Assembly: GCF_001194135.2 (NCBI RefSeq)
Contig: NC_068986.1
Coordinates: forward strand, 78,165,394 to 78,229,393
Reading direction: 5' to 3'
Source of the DNA: Octopus bimaculoides
Taxonomy: Eukaryota
Length of the DNA stretch: 64,000 nucleotides
In this document: positions 12,555 to 25,214 of the stretch, piece by piece
Layout of the letters: the number at the start of each line of letters is the position of its first letter
Position numbering within the stretch: position 1 is the stretch's first letter
Made by a program: the position numbers and the translations under genes
The notes under the pieces: generated by a model
What the model was told of the DNA's origin: nothing
Databases searched by the model: none
The model's input: only the letters and a program-made list of their open reading frames with translations

Positions 12555-12885
12555 TGATGCAATGCCCAGATGCAATGCCCAGGTAGTGGTTCTGGTGGCT
12601 TCTGATCAGTTATGATTGAAAGTGTTATCATGTACATGTTCTGTCTTGGTGTAAAAAATGGGCTACGGCAAATATTCTGCTCAATACCACAGATATGCTT
12701 GTCAGTTGTTTGATCTTAACTAGTTGAACCTTAGTGGCTAATTATATGTGCATCTCTGATCATGAGCAGGTGTAGTGGGAGAGCACCATAGCCATGTTTT
12801 GAGAGGAATTAATTGGGGTTTGAATAATTGACCTGTCGAAACATGGGTGTTTTGTTCATCATCCATAAATATCCTTATTCAGGGA
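12555..12885 (+). mobile_element. Partial copy of the ~540-bp (AAT)n-associated non-coding element
   Basis: Aligns to 53920-54260 (aatattctgctcaatacca.agat..gctt..gttgtttga.cttaac). Preceded by aataataa. Confidence 0.75.
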
Positions 12886-13049
12886 CATTAGGAGAGGGGA
12901 AATAGGCATAAAACCTAGTTTAATGTAGCTCCAGGAAACAGTATTATTAGGGACAGCTAGCATACTTAGGGAGGTTTTTGGCATCTATGGTTACTTTTAG
13001 AAGCCCAATGATGTTAGGAATTTGCTCCAACAAATGAAATGATAATAAT

Positions 13050-13330
13050 AATCCTTTCTACTAAAGGATGAAAGGCAAAGTCGACCTCAGTGGGATTTGA
13101 ACTCAGCACATAGTAATAATAATTCTTTCTACTAAAGGCTGGAAATTTTTTGGGGGTGGGGACTAGTTGATTACATTGGCCACAGCGTTTCACTGCTACT
13201 TAATTTGTTGACCCTGAAAGGATGAAAGGCAAAGTCAATCTCAGCGGAATTTGAACTCAGAATGTTGCAATGGGTGAAATACCGTTAAGCATTTCACCTA
13301 ATGTACTAACGATTTTTCAGTTCGCCACCT

Positions 13331-13409
<79 letters not shown>

Positions 13410-13410
13410 C
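13050..13410 (-). mobile_element. SINE family B copies with adjacent (TAC)n/(TAA)n tract
   Basis: aaaggatgaaaggcaaagtc core occurs twice; microsatellite at 13331-13410. Confidence 0.8.
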
Positions 13411-14259
13411 TTGGTTCTCTGAATCTGGTTCCCCCTCTTTCTACAATATACCATTGCTAATTATAAATAACACCCATAGTAAAATATCCAACTTGCTGTT
13501 ACTTAGGTCTTTAGGTGAGACTTAGACCAGCTCATACAAAACACAGCAACAACAACAACAACAACAACTATAATAATAATAGTAATGATAATAATAATAA
13601 TAATAATAATAACAATAATAATAATGATAGTAGTAGTAGAATAAAAAGCAAAACTTGGTTTTTGTTGGAAAAGAAATGATCTTATCAGTAAGAATTTTTG
13701 TGTAGCACAAAATGCTGTTTAAAATGTTACAGTCAATGCTAATATGAGAAGATTTGTGTAGTGTTTACGTCAAATCAAATATGCAAGGCAGAGCTTTGAG
13801 TCCAATCACTATGGATTATTGTGCATGAGGCAACAAGTTTTTGGCAGAGAAAGCAGTAGAAACCCAAACATATAACTACAAAATATTATATTTAGCAATT
13901 CTTTTTTTTTATTTATTGTAACTAGCTTTGCAATAAATAAGCTGTGGTTCAGTACATACAAATTCATATACACAGTTACATAGTACATATACACCTGTGC
14001 ACAGTCCAATGCTTACTTATGCATACATACATGTTTGCATGTGAGATGGGCCAATACTTTAAACCAACTCATAGTGCGATCATTTGAGCTGCTAGAAATG
14101 ACAACCAAATTTTTCTCTAATCTCTACTGAATTCAGAAAGAAAGGATACATTGATAATGTTGCCCTACATATGCCAAGTTCCCTGAGATACCCTGAGGAG
14201 ATACTCTGATCATAGTTCTGCTCTCTCAGAATTAGTGTGGTGCTAAATAGCAATGATAA

Positions 14260-14478
14260 TACAAGGGCATCTCACTCATTCACTCACACACGTGCACACA
14301 CACACACACACACACACACACCCACACACATGCTCACACACATACACACACACACACAACACACTCATGCTCACACACACTTGCACATGCACTCACACAC
14401 ACATATGCTCACTCACATGTGCACACATGCATGTGCACACACATACACTACTCACATACACAAACTCACACACTCACA

Positions 14479-14517
<39 letters not shown>

Positions 14518-14520
14518 GCC
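14260..14520. repeat. Degenerate (CA)n microsatellite
   Basis: Direct reading. Confidence 0.9.
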
Positions 14521-14576
14521 TTCAGGCAATTCTACCAGCAACTGTAAAACAGTTCTTGTCATGTTCTTCATTTCAG

Positions 14577-14613
14577 GTGTCGCATAAGGCTGGTATGGTG
14601 AAAACTAGGTTTG
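14577..14613 (+). CDS. Candidate internal exon of an unidentified host gene (VSHKAGMVKTRF)
   Basis: Acceptor tgttcttcatttcag, donor gtgagc, 37 nt, only one open frame. No homology recognised. Confidence 0.3.
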
Positions 14614-14898
14614 GTGAGCTGGCTAAGATAACCTAGTCATAGAACAGTTGAGTGGATATGTGTAATATATCAGAGTTACTTAATCCCATATTGACCCTAA
14701 CAGAGCAGACTTATGACCAAAAGTGTTCCACCCTTGACAATTCCATTTTTTATTTTGGCATCATGTATCCCACATTATTCAATGTTATCCTTAACTATCC
14801 CCCTTTTTGAAGACATAGGTTATGATTTAAGGGTAGTTTAGCTGATATTTTTAGTAAGGCAAGCTACCATGTAGACTCTACATGATAGCAGCCAAACT

Positions 14899-15560
14899 CA
14901 GTGGTTCTCAATTAGGGTCTGTGTGACCCTTGGGGTTCCATATAAGATTTTGGTGAGGAGGATCACACAAACAAACAGTAAATTGGAGATCCAAGGTAGT
15001 CTTTTAAGGGTTTATGAAAAATGTTGCTTTGTATTTATTGCTTGAAACAATTGGGTTTCTTTCTCTGATGGTTTATATAGTTCAATATGTTTGCAGCCAC
15101 TGAAACATGTTGCCTCAGAGAGTGTTATTGCAAATGTACACAAGTAAATGCATGAAAAGCAAAACAGGAATATCAACCCATTACCTACCAGTGATCTCAT
15201 ATGAGATCACTTAAAAATTACAAATTTCGTAATTATTTGTCAATATTTACACATATCTAACCTTTTTGCCATATCTACTAGGTATATTTCTCTGATATTC
15301 AAATGAGGTTTGCTTATTTTTCACCCAATATCTCGCTTATTTCTATTTAAAATGTTATTTTGATCATTCCAGCCTGTTTCTAAGGCTGTTTTATGCTAGA
15401 AATCAAAGTTTCATAAAAAAATTTCCAGTTAATAGAACTATGGGAGGTAATGGGTTAAGTGAAATATCTATAAAATTAACTTTTAAGCATTGAATAGTTA
15501 TGGGATGTCCATGAGAACAAAATAGTAATTCAAGGGTTAAAAAATGGTTTAGAATCACTG
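14899..15560. mobile_element. hAT/Charlie-like MITE containing a nested TTAA-type MITE
   Basis: Termini cagtggttctcaa ... ttagaatcactg (imperfect TIR of the CAGTGGTTCTCAA type). No matching 8-bp TSD seen. Confidence 0.55.
15173..15458. mobile_element. piggyBac-like MITE
   Basis: tcaacccattacctacc ... gggaggtaatgggttaa inverted termini. TTAA on the right, TCAA on the left. Confidence 0.6.
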
Positions 15561-16074
15561 ATGTAGAGAGCTCCTTGTTAGTTTGGTTTCATTTAGTTGT
15601 TTAACTCCACATCATCTCTGATTGAGTAATAATCAATTCCACCTGTGGCAGAATCTGCACTAACATGAGCTAGTTTCCTCCAGGGTATGAATCTATCAGC
15701 CAAACTGTTCTGTGCTGACACAGGTCATATTGGATGAGTGTAATTAATTCTGAAGTTTTCCTTCTCCTGGATTGACTGCTTTCACCACAGCTAAGAAGCT
15801 CAATCTACTCTGACAAAAAAAATCAATTTAACTCTTAGATGGAACCCTAACAGGTACTTCCATTCTGAGTCAAAACAGACCTGAGGGTAATAGTAATTGA
15901 GAGATAATAACACCATGCTGTCCACAACCTAGAACTCTTGAACTGGAACCTCACCATTGGATGCAGCTTATGTGTCATATCTAGGATACACCTATGATTG
16001 AGTAAACTTAAGATCAAAATCGTTCCAGCCATGACAATTTATGTCTTTTATTCAGGTATTATGTTTCTGATGTG

Positions 16075-16330
16075 AGTATGCATGGCGTAGTGGTTAGGGC
16101 GTTGTAGTCACAATTATGAGATTATGGTTTCAGTTCCTAGACTGGATGGTGTGCTATATTCCTGAGCAAAATGCTTCATCACATGTTGCTCTTCGATCAC
16201 CTTGACACCTGACATGTGGTACACTGTGTACCTGTTCAGGCAACATCGATTCGATGGAGGGAGTGAGTTAATTTACAGCACATACATTTGATCACTATAA
16301 GCAAATCATCTGCACAGATTGTTCAACAAG
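16075..16330 (+). mobile_element. tRNA-headed SINE (family D-like)
   Basis: gcatggcgtagtggttagggcg..ggtttcagttcc A/B-box-like head, then cctgagcaaaatgcttc. Confidence 0.7.
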
Positions 16331-16764
16331 GAATGACAGAGTCTTTTTTCTCGGTCTGCGAGAGACTACCACCATGTACCTTATACACCCCTGTACTTCA
16401 CAGTCTTAGGATTTGACTGTTATTTCTTGAAAGTTCAGAGACCATGTAAAAGTGTCTTTGCTGCTTTATCAATCATAAAGAAATTTAATGGTGACAGATG
16501 AGTTGACTTTTGAGATGTACTAACTTATTTGGTTATTGTTGTTGTTCTTTAGCCTCAGGTCAGCATTTATCAAACAAGCCTATAATTCAAACCATTCTTT
16601 GACCATCCTGCTATTTTCTCTTGACCAGTCATATACAACCTGTGATCTGTGGGACCTTCAGAATGGTACACCTAATGAAAAATTTCCATTAATGTTTTTG
16701 GTAGTGTGGCTTGCCTAATGATGAGCCAAGTGTCATGTGGCCCACTTCGAGAAAATAGTTGCTG

Positions 16765-17000
16765 ATACTCGCTCTAGCCATATTGGTTTCAAATTTTGGC
16801 ATAATGTCAGCAGTTTTAGGGGAGAGGGCAAGTAAGTTACATAGACCCCAGGGCTCAACTGGTACTTATTTTATAGACCCCTGAAAAGATGAAAGGCAAA
16901 GTCGACCATGGCAGAATTTGAATTTAGAATATAAAGACAGGTGACATGTTGTTAAGCATTTTTCCCAGCATGCTAATGATTCTGCCAGCTCACTGCCTTA
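16765..17000 (-). mobile_element. SINE family B copy
   Basis: gaaaagatgaaaggcaaagtcgacc core. Confidence 0.8.
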
Positions 17001-17289
17001 GCCTGATATAGACATATTATAACCTTGATTAGATTATCTAATGTGCATTTTTGTCTTCTAGGTTGGTAGAGTGAGGTTTGAGAGAGATTAGGCTGATTTT
17101 TTCTAGCAGACTTCACACAATAATTAAACTCATAACAATAGTCAATGTGATTGTAACCATGACCTCTATATATGCCCTACAAGTAAGTTTATTATTGGTG
17201 TAACAAAAAAAAAAAAAAAAAAAATACCAAAAACAGAAAAGAAAAACTCAAACAAAGAAACGATAAAACAAGTAGAAAAAAAACACTGA

Positions 17290-17610
17290 CTCTATGAGAC
17301 TATCTGAAGCAGTTCATCTCAAGTATTAATGCCAAAAATGTTGTAATATCATAACTGGTAATTTGAACAGTCATATTCAAGAAACTACAAGACAAGTAAA
17401 CGTGAAATAGCAAAATAAGTACCATGAAGGTATATGATGAAATGAAGAAGGCTCACACTTCAGAAAGCCTAATATCCAACTGGTTGCTTGCCTACCTCTC
17501 TGGTGAGCATGAAAGGGAAATTAAATCTGTACTTAACAAAAAGGGAAATGTCAGATGCTTGTGATAAAGGTGGTTGCAGACTTTGTGTTGGGACCGATGA
17601 AGATTGAGAA
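17290..17610 (+). pseudogene. Degenerate RTE LINE AP-endonuclease fragment
   Basis: Frameshifted translation gives YLKQFISSINAKNVV / IITGNLNSHIQ / RNEEG / YLSGEHE / KVVAD, resembling the GDFNA...G.RNEEG...TY.SG...KV layout of RTE endonucleases. Confidence 0.5.
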
Positions 17611-18359
17611 GCAAAAAAAAAACAAAAAACAAATAAGGCAAAATAAAATCTATACCAAAGAGTTTCAACAAGGATTCACCATCACTACCACCACCACCGC
17701 CACTGCCACCGCCACCACCACCGCCGCCACCACCACAGCCACNNNNNNNNNNNNNNNNNNNNNNNNNNNNNNNNNNNNNNNNNNNNNGCCACCACCGCCA
17801 CCACCTCCACCACCACTGCCACCACCATCACTGTTTAATGCCACTTTTTCCAAGCTTGCATGTTTCTACAGCTGGATGCTCTTCCTAATGCCAACCACTT
17901 TGCAGAGTGTATTGGGTGCATTTGTTTGTGACACCAGTACTAGTGAGGTCACCAAGTACTCCAAAGCAAGACCCCTTAACTGTAAGGGGTATAGTATTGG
18001 AGAGTGTGAAATTATGATAGAGAGGGAAATCTCATAAACAGCAGAAAATGATGCATTCCTAAGGAATAACCTGCTGCAATGCCTTGATTTGTTCTAGGGA
18101 TGGGTTGGATCTTTACCTAAATAGGGAGCGACAAGGTGGAGGAAATAGTTATAAGAGTTGTTATAGTCCAAGAAGATATGAAAGAGAGGAAGTATCAGGT
18201 TAAAATATTAAAAAGCTTGATAGAAGAAAAAAGCTGCAAGTAGGATGTTTGTTTATGTTTGGCATTATGTGAATTGCTTTGAAATGCAAAGCAGTATGTT
18301 TGTATGATCCATAATGTTACTGGAGTTAAATGTAATCAAAATACGGAAGAGATAACAGC

Positions 18360-18750
18360 CATCATCATCATCATTTAACGTCTGTTTTCCATGCTGGCAT
18401 GGGTTGGATGGTTTAACTGCAGGCTGGCAAGCCAGTAGGCTGCACCAGGCTCCAATCTGATCTGGTAAGGTTTCTACAGCTAAATGCCCTTTCTAATGCC
18501 AACCACTCTGGGAGTGTAGTTGGTGCTTTTTATGTGCCACTGACAAGGGGGGGGGGGCTGTCAGGTGGCACTGGCATTAACCATGTTTGGGTGGTGCCTT
18601 TTATGTGCCACCAGCATGGGGAGCCAGTCAGGCAGCACTGGCATTGACTCACACTTGAATGGTGCCTTTTATGTGCCACCAACATGGGTGCCAGTCAGAC
18701 AGCATTGGCATCGGCTACAACTTCATTTTCCATTTTGATTTTGATTTTGA
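18360..18750 (-). mobile_element. RTE 3'UTR (family A)
   Basis: (ATC)n tttaacgtctgttttccatgctggcatgggttggatgg followed by subrepeats. Confidence 0.85.
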
Positions 18751-18904
18751 TTTGAAAGGAATTAACTAAGAAATGTAATAGAATGAACCACATGAGTGGG
18801 ATATTGAGAGATTACCTCAGTGAAGCTGACAGAAGGTTAGCTTAGGTTTGTCATGAGCTCTAAGATTCATAAGGCACGATCTTTAACTCAGTTTTCATGG
18901 CATA

Positions 18905-19125
18905 TAAATGACTGAGATTACAATACTCCTCACTGAATGGGATGCTGGTCTGTCAAAGGGTTAACTTCCCAGCTATTACTAGGATTAATTTACCACTGAG
19001 TGAACTGGAGCACTGTGAAATAAGGCATTTTGCTCAAGAACACAACAGACTGCCCAGTTCAGAAATTGAGACTACAATCTTTTGATCGTGAGTGCAGCAC
19101 TAACCATTATCTACTGAGCCATGTT
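18905..19125 (-). mobile_element. SINE family D copy
   Basis: ttttgctcaagaacacaac..gaaattgagactacaatc; colinear with 23752-23995. Confidence 0.7.
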
Positions 19126-19749
19126 AGCTATTGAGGTAAAAACTTCAGTATAGATTTTAATACTGATATTAAAGAGATGAAAGTAGAAACAGCAGACCCA
19201 ACTGGGATTGTTGCTAGATTTTGAATGTCTTCATCTAGGTAGCTACTATTTGCTTAGTTGTTGATTGTTGTTAGGCTCCAGGCCAACTATGACTGAACAG
19301 AGGCTTTGAGGAAAGACGTTCCAAAAATGAGTATTGCATATTTTTATTAAGGACTATATTGTCAAATGTATGCTTCACTTTTAAGTTGATAAGATGTATT
19401 TGAGGGAGATTTAGCTACTATTTCTGGTAGATTGAACAACCATGAAGATGATTCCTTGTTGACTCATAGTTGCTCAGCAAAGAATAAATTACTTCACTTT
19501 CTTATCTGTTTACATGATTTGTAGTCGAGTGAGAGCTCAGTAAAGTGTTTAGATGATTGGGTTTTTTTCCCACTAGAATTATATTTTATATCAAAATTAA
19601 TTAAAATAGCAATGCTGGTTACAAGTTTTCAGTGAGCTAGATGTAATGGAGTAGTTAATAGTAGAAGCACCCTGAATATAGGACTTCTCAGATGGTATCA
19701 TGAGATACATGTTACCTATATGATCTGATCAGTTCTAATGCTGGTTGTA

Positions 19750-20110
19750 GGAAGTGCATAAAGTGAAGAAGCAGGGGAAGAAATTTAGTAAGTTAATACC
19801 ATAGTTGTCAATAAAGAGGTTCTTTCTCAGGACAATAGCAGGTGATAGGAAGCTTTTGCAAAAGAAATGTGATGCTGCATCATAAGAAAACATTAGGCAT
19901 AGGATGTAGAAGATCTGTGGAGGCTGGAGAAGAAATGAGGTGAGCATGTTTTGTAATGTATAAAGGACAGAGCAAAATTGAGCTGAGAGAGCAGCTGGGT
20001 ATTAAAGGCTTTAGCCAATGTATACAGGTGAGTCAATTACGAAGTTATGAATATGTTTATGGTAATGGAAAAGGAAATCTGTGTGGAAAAGTGCCATGAT
20101 AGTTCAAGAG
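19750..20110 (+). pseudogene. Degenerate RTE LINE ORF C-terminus
   Basis: ELREQLGIKG...Q...MEKEICVEKCH mirrors the cleaner copy at 59290-59530. Confidence 0.55.
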
Positions 20111-20329
20111 GGACCCACAACTGAATATTATTCCTTATGATTGCATTGCTGCTATGCACATGAATATCCTTGTCTGCGTTCAAATGAAAACTACCTGATT
20201 AAATAGTACAAGTCCCTAAACTATACACTTCAACATCTAACCTGCTGACACGTCATCCCCTCATGTCATCTTTACTACAGTTACTACTACTGCTACAACT
20301 ACCACTCTTACTGTACTCATCACTTCTCA

Positions 20330-20600
20330 GCTGCTTGCTTATCAGCTTCACCCCCACCCCATCCAATATGATCTTATCTCCTCCTCTTGTAACTTCTACA
20401 TATTCTCTCAAACCAGGTCTTGCACTAACAGCTGTCTCTGAGCCCTTTCTCTCCAGAATGTCATGTCATTCACTGGAATTTTCCTCCCCACCACACATGT
20501 CTGTTCTGCAATCATAGATGTGCAGTTGTTGATGAGTATCACCAGTTTCAAAACAGCCTGCAAAGATCAAGTTCAAGGATACAGCCTTTACCCTCTGACT
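20330..20600 (+). mobile_element. Possible CR1/L2-like LINE 3' remnant
   Basis: Broken frame ..PFLSRMS..(W)NFPP..FK resembles the FFxRTxxxWNxLP...FK ending of CR1/L2-group ORF2. Weak. Confidence 0.3.
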
Positions 20601-21689
20601 AAACCAATTTAAAGACATGGGAAGAAGTGATTAAGTCAGATCTCAAGATGCTGAACTTCACAGAGGATATGACAAGATATTGAGATTAGTGCCATCATAC
20701 ATACAGTACAACAGACTCAAACAATTTCTGTCAGCATGAATAGATGGACATTAATATATTAATAACAATAAGTTAGATGGTGTAGAACAGACACCAGTAT
20801 TTTGACACACCTGTTGTACACACCTGCCATATTGGTTTGTTATAAAAGCAAGCTGCATGCAGGAGTTAAGAAGTTAGGCAGTAACAGATTTAGTATGAAA
20901 TTTAGAAAAGAGATACAGACAGAGAAGATAAAGGGAGAGAAAGAGAGGAGAGAGAGAGAGAGAGGAGAGAAAGAGAAAAAGAGGAGAGAGAGACAGAGAG
21001 AGAGGAGAGAGACAAAAAAATCCAAAATAAACAAAAATCTTACTTGGTCAAAATATACTCTGCAACTCTTTTTATTATAATTTTTTAAACATGGAACAAA
21101 AAAAAAGAACAATGAAGGTGAATGGTCAATAATTGTAGCCAATCCAATAAAAATATTTGTACCAAATTAATTTAAAGGTTGTATCTAATAAATAATTAAA
21201 AATAAAATTAACTAAGATAAATAACTCAACAGCGCCAATAGTATGAATTATGAATTTGAATAAGTAAGTCTAAAGTTGATGAACTGAATGTTGTATGTAA
21301 AAAAATTCTTAACTCAAATTTCCCTCGTTGTTGGAGAAAGCAACCAAAAACCTAGCAGTAATTCTTAGTAATGCTCAAAGAAAGCGGGAGATTATTTCAA
21401 GAAAACGAGCTTTAATTTCTTAAGTAACTTCACATGCTTAGTGAAAGGAGTGTCTGAATGTTCTTTCCAGGCAAAAGACAACATTGGATATACATTTTGG
21501 TTTATTACACCTCATCAGCAGAGCACAGTATAATGAAGTCTGCCAATCATTTGACATAAATTTTCAGATATAGAAAAAGAATTACAAATAGTTTTGGCTA
21601 GTATAATTTGCATAAATTTTGAAAGATAAAATGAGCTATGGCAAATAACTCAAAATGTAATTTATGATAGAAAATATTGCATGCGCGCA

Positions 21690-21773
21690 TGCGTATGTGT
21701 GTGTATGTGTGTGTGTGTGTGTGTGTATGTGTGTGTATGTGTGTGTATGTGTGTGTGTATGTGTGTGTGTATG

Positions 21774-21813
<40 letters not shown>

Positions 21814-21876
21814 AATATACATACATATATATATATATATATATATGCACATGCACGCATATATATACATACATAC

Positions 21877-21933
<57 letters not shown>

Positions 21934-21935
21934 AA
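21690..21935. repeat. Compound (GT)n/(AT)n microsatellite
   Basis: Direct reading; source of several spurious ORFs. Confidence 0.95.
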
Positions 21936-22225
21936 CACATGTAAATAGATAAATAGTGCATATATATTGTTTGGACTTTTTCTCCCGTCATAGATGATAG
22001 ATGAGGGTTCTGTAATTCCTTGCTGAACAACCTGCACACATGGTTTGTTTATAGTAATTCAATGTTTGTGGTATATATTAGTCCACTCCTTCCATTAAAT
22101 TGACATTGTCTGTATTGGTGCACAGTGTTCCACACTTCAGGTGTCTAAGTGATCAGAAAGCAATGTATGATGAAGTCTTTTGCTCAAATACACAATGCGT
22201 CAGATAATACAGAAATTGAAACCTA

Positions 22226-23095
22226 TGAGGTGGTATCAAAATGTTCTTGAACTAGTTCTGTAGCATGCCAACAGATGGCAGCCCATGGTTGCATGTACAA
22301 TGAGAGCTAGCCGTGACCTTCATGAGTCAGTGTGCCGAGTGACATTACTGTACTTACTTTGCAAATTATAAAATTTGTGTTTTTGTGGTCACATGTATTC
22401 TGTAGTCTGAGATTTTGTCATGGACTGGAACAAAGAGCCAAAGTGAAGTTTTGCATTAAACTTGGGAAGTCTGCTACAGAGACATTGAGCATGCTTTGGC
22501 AAGCTAATGGTGATGAGGAAATGGGTTGTATGTAATGTTTCGAGTAACATGAACACATGCCAGTCAGGAGCATGCTCATAATTTTTTTTTGACATCTGTG
22601 GTATTGTGAATTGAGACAACATCCTCCAGGGCCTGACTATCAATTGAGCGTTCTGCTGTGACATTTTAAAGCATTTGAGGGAGTACATTTGGAAAATGCA
22701 CAAAGAATTGGATTCTTCTCAACAATAATGCTCCCTGCCACTGAGCTCACCTCACTCCTGAGTTTCTCACCCAAAACAACATGATATCACTTCTGCACTC
22801 ACCCTATTCACCAGATTGAGCACATGTGGATTTCCATCTCTTTCCGAATATAAAAATGCAGCTCAAAGGTCACTGTTTTAATAGCATCATCAAGATCAAG
22901 AGTAAATTGCAGAAGGTCCTCAACCCGCTTATGGAAAACAGCTTCCAGACCAGATTCCAAAAGCAGCAGGAATGATGGCACCAGTGTATTGCTGTGCAAG
23001 GTAATTATTTTGAAGGAGCTGATGTTAAAAGTTTGGTAAATAAGTTATTTTTTTATTAAACAGAACTAGTCCTGGGACTTTTTGATACCACCTCA
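22226..23095 (+). mobile_element. Internally deleted, decayed mariner (D34D) transposon
   Basis: Imperfect ~35-bp TIRs gaggtggtatcaaaatgttcttgaactagttctgt / acagaactagtcctgggactttttgataccacctc, preceded by TA. Transposase remnants EQRAKVKFCIKLGKSATET, SMLIIFFD, NNAPCH, HSPYSPD*AHVDFHLFP, QGNYFEG, with stops and frameshifts. Confidence 0.9.
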
Positions 23096-23391
23096 CATGT
23101 GCACAGTGTGTCCATGCATCAGGTGTCAAGGGAACAATGTATGATGAAGTCTTTTGCTCAAAAACACATTACATCACATAATCCAGAAATTGAAACCTAG
23201 ATATGCTGATCTTGAGTGCAACACCGTAACCACTTGGCCACTCCTCTCTTTCTCTCTCTCTCTCTTTCTTATACACACACACACACACACACACACACAT
23301 CTGTATGTGTGTCCTTAATTTTCAGACTTTAAATTTCTTTGCCATTTGGTGAAAATCTTTGTCTTGACATTTTAAGATTCAATTTGTGCAG

Positions 23392-23434
23392 CAAGCAGGC
23401 TCAGCATCAAACATGAGCCAGTCACTTCTCTTCA
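23392..23434 (+). CDS. Candidate internal exon (SRLSIKHEPVTSL)
   Basis: Acceptor tcaatttgtgcag; donor gtatga (alternative gtaaac at 23443). Phase links 14577-14613 to 24915-24967. Confidence 0.25.
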
Positions 23435-23489
23435 GTATGATGGTAAACACTAAGGACAAGAAAACTGTATGCATGTTTGCTGGTAGGAA

Positions 23490-23528
<39 letters not shown>

Positions 23529-23751
23529 ATACAGATATTTGTTTGAATATTTGAAAAGAATATACTGTACACTACCAGACATTTGCTAACATATGCTATC
23601 AAAAATCTCTCTAATTTTAGGTTGATGTTTTGTATCAGGATTCTTCAGAATAAGACAAATTTTAAACATGTTATTAATATATGTGTGTGTGCATTCACAT
23701 GTGTGTGTGTATGCATATATATATATATATATATAGATAGATAGATAAATG

Positions 23752-23995
23752 CACCCTTTCAAAGCCTAGCCAGGTTCAACGGCCTGATTTCCCGATTTCA
23801 ATGGCGTATGTGTTCCCCAGCTGGACGGGACGCTAGTCCATCACAGTATTACTCATTTTTGCCAGCTGAGTGGACAGGAGGAACGAGAAATGAAGTGTTT
23901 TGCTCAAGAACACAATGCGTCGCCCAGTCCAGGAATCGAAACCACAATCTTATGATCATGATGCTGACACCCTAACCACTAAGCCATGCACCTCC
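23752..23995 (-). mobile_element. tRNA-headed SINE (family D), well preserved
   Basis: The reverse strand begins gcatggcttagtggttagggtgtcagc..ggtttcgattcctggac, an A/B-box-like head. Confidence 0.85.
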
Positions 23996-24174
23996 ATATA
24001 TTTATGTATATACACATATATAGTATATGTATGTGTGTGTAAGTAATATGTTATTATACACCTGTAATTACACTCCACTTCCTTGCATTTTGTTGTGGAT
24101 TTCAAGTGATGTCACATCCTGCTGGTCAGGCAGGCCTATAGTGTGTAAAGGATTGAGATCACAACGTTCTCCTT

Positions 24175-24342
24175 GAATCGAACGTCAGTCCATCACAGAG
24201 TAACTCATTTACTGGTGAATGGACTAAAACAATGTAAAATGAAATGTTTCACACAAGAACACAATGCAATGCCCAGTCCAAGAATTGAAACCATGATCTC
24301 TCGATTATGAGTGCATCACCCTAACCACTAGGCCATGTGCCT
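24175..24342 (-). mobile_element. SINE family D copy
   Basis: Colinear with 23830-23995. Confidence 0.75.
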
Positions 24343-24383
24343 CTACATGTATGTGCATGTGTGTGTATGTAAAGGCATGTAGT

Positions 24384-24428
<45 letters not shown>

Positions 24429-24438
24429 NNNNNNNNNN

Positions 24439-24476
<38 letters not shown>

Positions 24477-24484
24477 ATGCATGT

Positions 24485-24700
24485 GTATATGCATGCATCA
24501 TCATCATCAACACTTAACATCCACTTTTCCATGCTTGCATGGGTCAGACAGTATTTGGTAAGGCAGGTATTTTCTACAGCTGGATTTCCTTCCTGTTGTC
24601 AACCCTCCCCTGTTTCCAAGCAAGCTAATATTTCCTATGGTCAGACATGTTTTTTCCACAGAAGATTGGAAATGAACAAACATGGAAATAGCTGTTTTAG
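24485..24700 (-). mobile_element. SINE-like element sharing the RTE 3' tail (family I)
   Basis: catcatc..ttaacatccacttttccatgcttgcatgggtcaga tail with a different body. Second copy at 35200-35420. Confidence 0.65.
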
Positions 24701-24914
24701 CAGGTGGGTCAAATTCAGATCAAAACATTCTTTGCCTAGAAAGTTGGTTTCTGTTCTGTTTTATGGTTCACAAAAGAATGCTTGTAGCTGAATTAGTCAG
24801 TGCTGGTATTATTAGATTTCTAGTATTGAAAGGCGATGTTACTATAATTATTCATTGACGATTTTCTAGTCAGTTTCTGCCTTGGTTATTTGTATTCATA
24901 TTTTACTTTTGCAG

Positions 24915-24967
24915 ACAAATGCATATACATAACTACATGACATTACCTATACATCCAGAATATACAA
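24915..24967 (+). CDS. Candidate internal exon (QMHIHNYMTLPIHPEYT)
   Basis: Strong acceptor attttactttttgcag, donor gtatga, 53 nt, one open frame. Splices in frame to 28329. Confidence 0.4.
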
Positions 24968-25214
24968 GTATGATGTATTTTCTATGGGTATATGAAGATG
25001 TGAGAGACTTGTATATGGTTGAAATTAGGCATGTATGCTTACATGTGTATGGCTGTGTGCCTATAAATATATGTATATATGTATGTAAATATATGTGTGT
25101 GTGTGTCTGTGTGTGCATGTGCATATATGTAAATGTATGTATAGACACACACAAACACACGCACACACACTCATACTTTATGGGTGCACTGCTTAACCTA
25201 AGTACATAGGTTGT

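Noticed and set aside
17424-17564. Protein-like ORF MKVYDEMKKAHTSESLISNWLLAYLSG with a gtgagc donor
   Set aside because: Lies within a decayed RTE endonuclease remnant and is better explained as shifted LINE frames.
21485-21530. Minus-strand hammerhead-like CTGATGA-ggt-gtaataa-acc-AAAA
   Set aside because: Stem II fits and GAAA could have decayed through CpG loss, but stems I and III cannot be formed convincingly.
21598-22039. Many YI/HT/CV-repeat ORFs here and throughout
   Set aside because: Translations of dinucleotide microsatellites.
23752-23995. tRNA-like A/B boxes here and at 16075, 28625, 32915, 51065, 55548
   Set aside because: They run directly into SINE bodies and lack a full cloverleaf, so they are SINE heads rather than tRNA genes.
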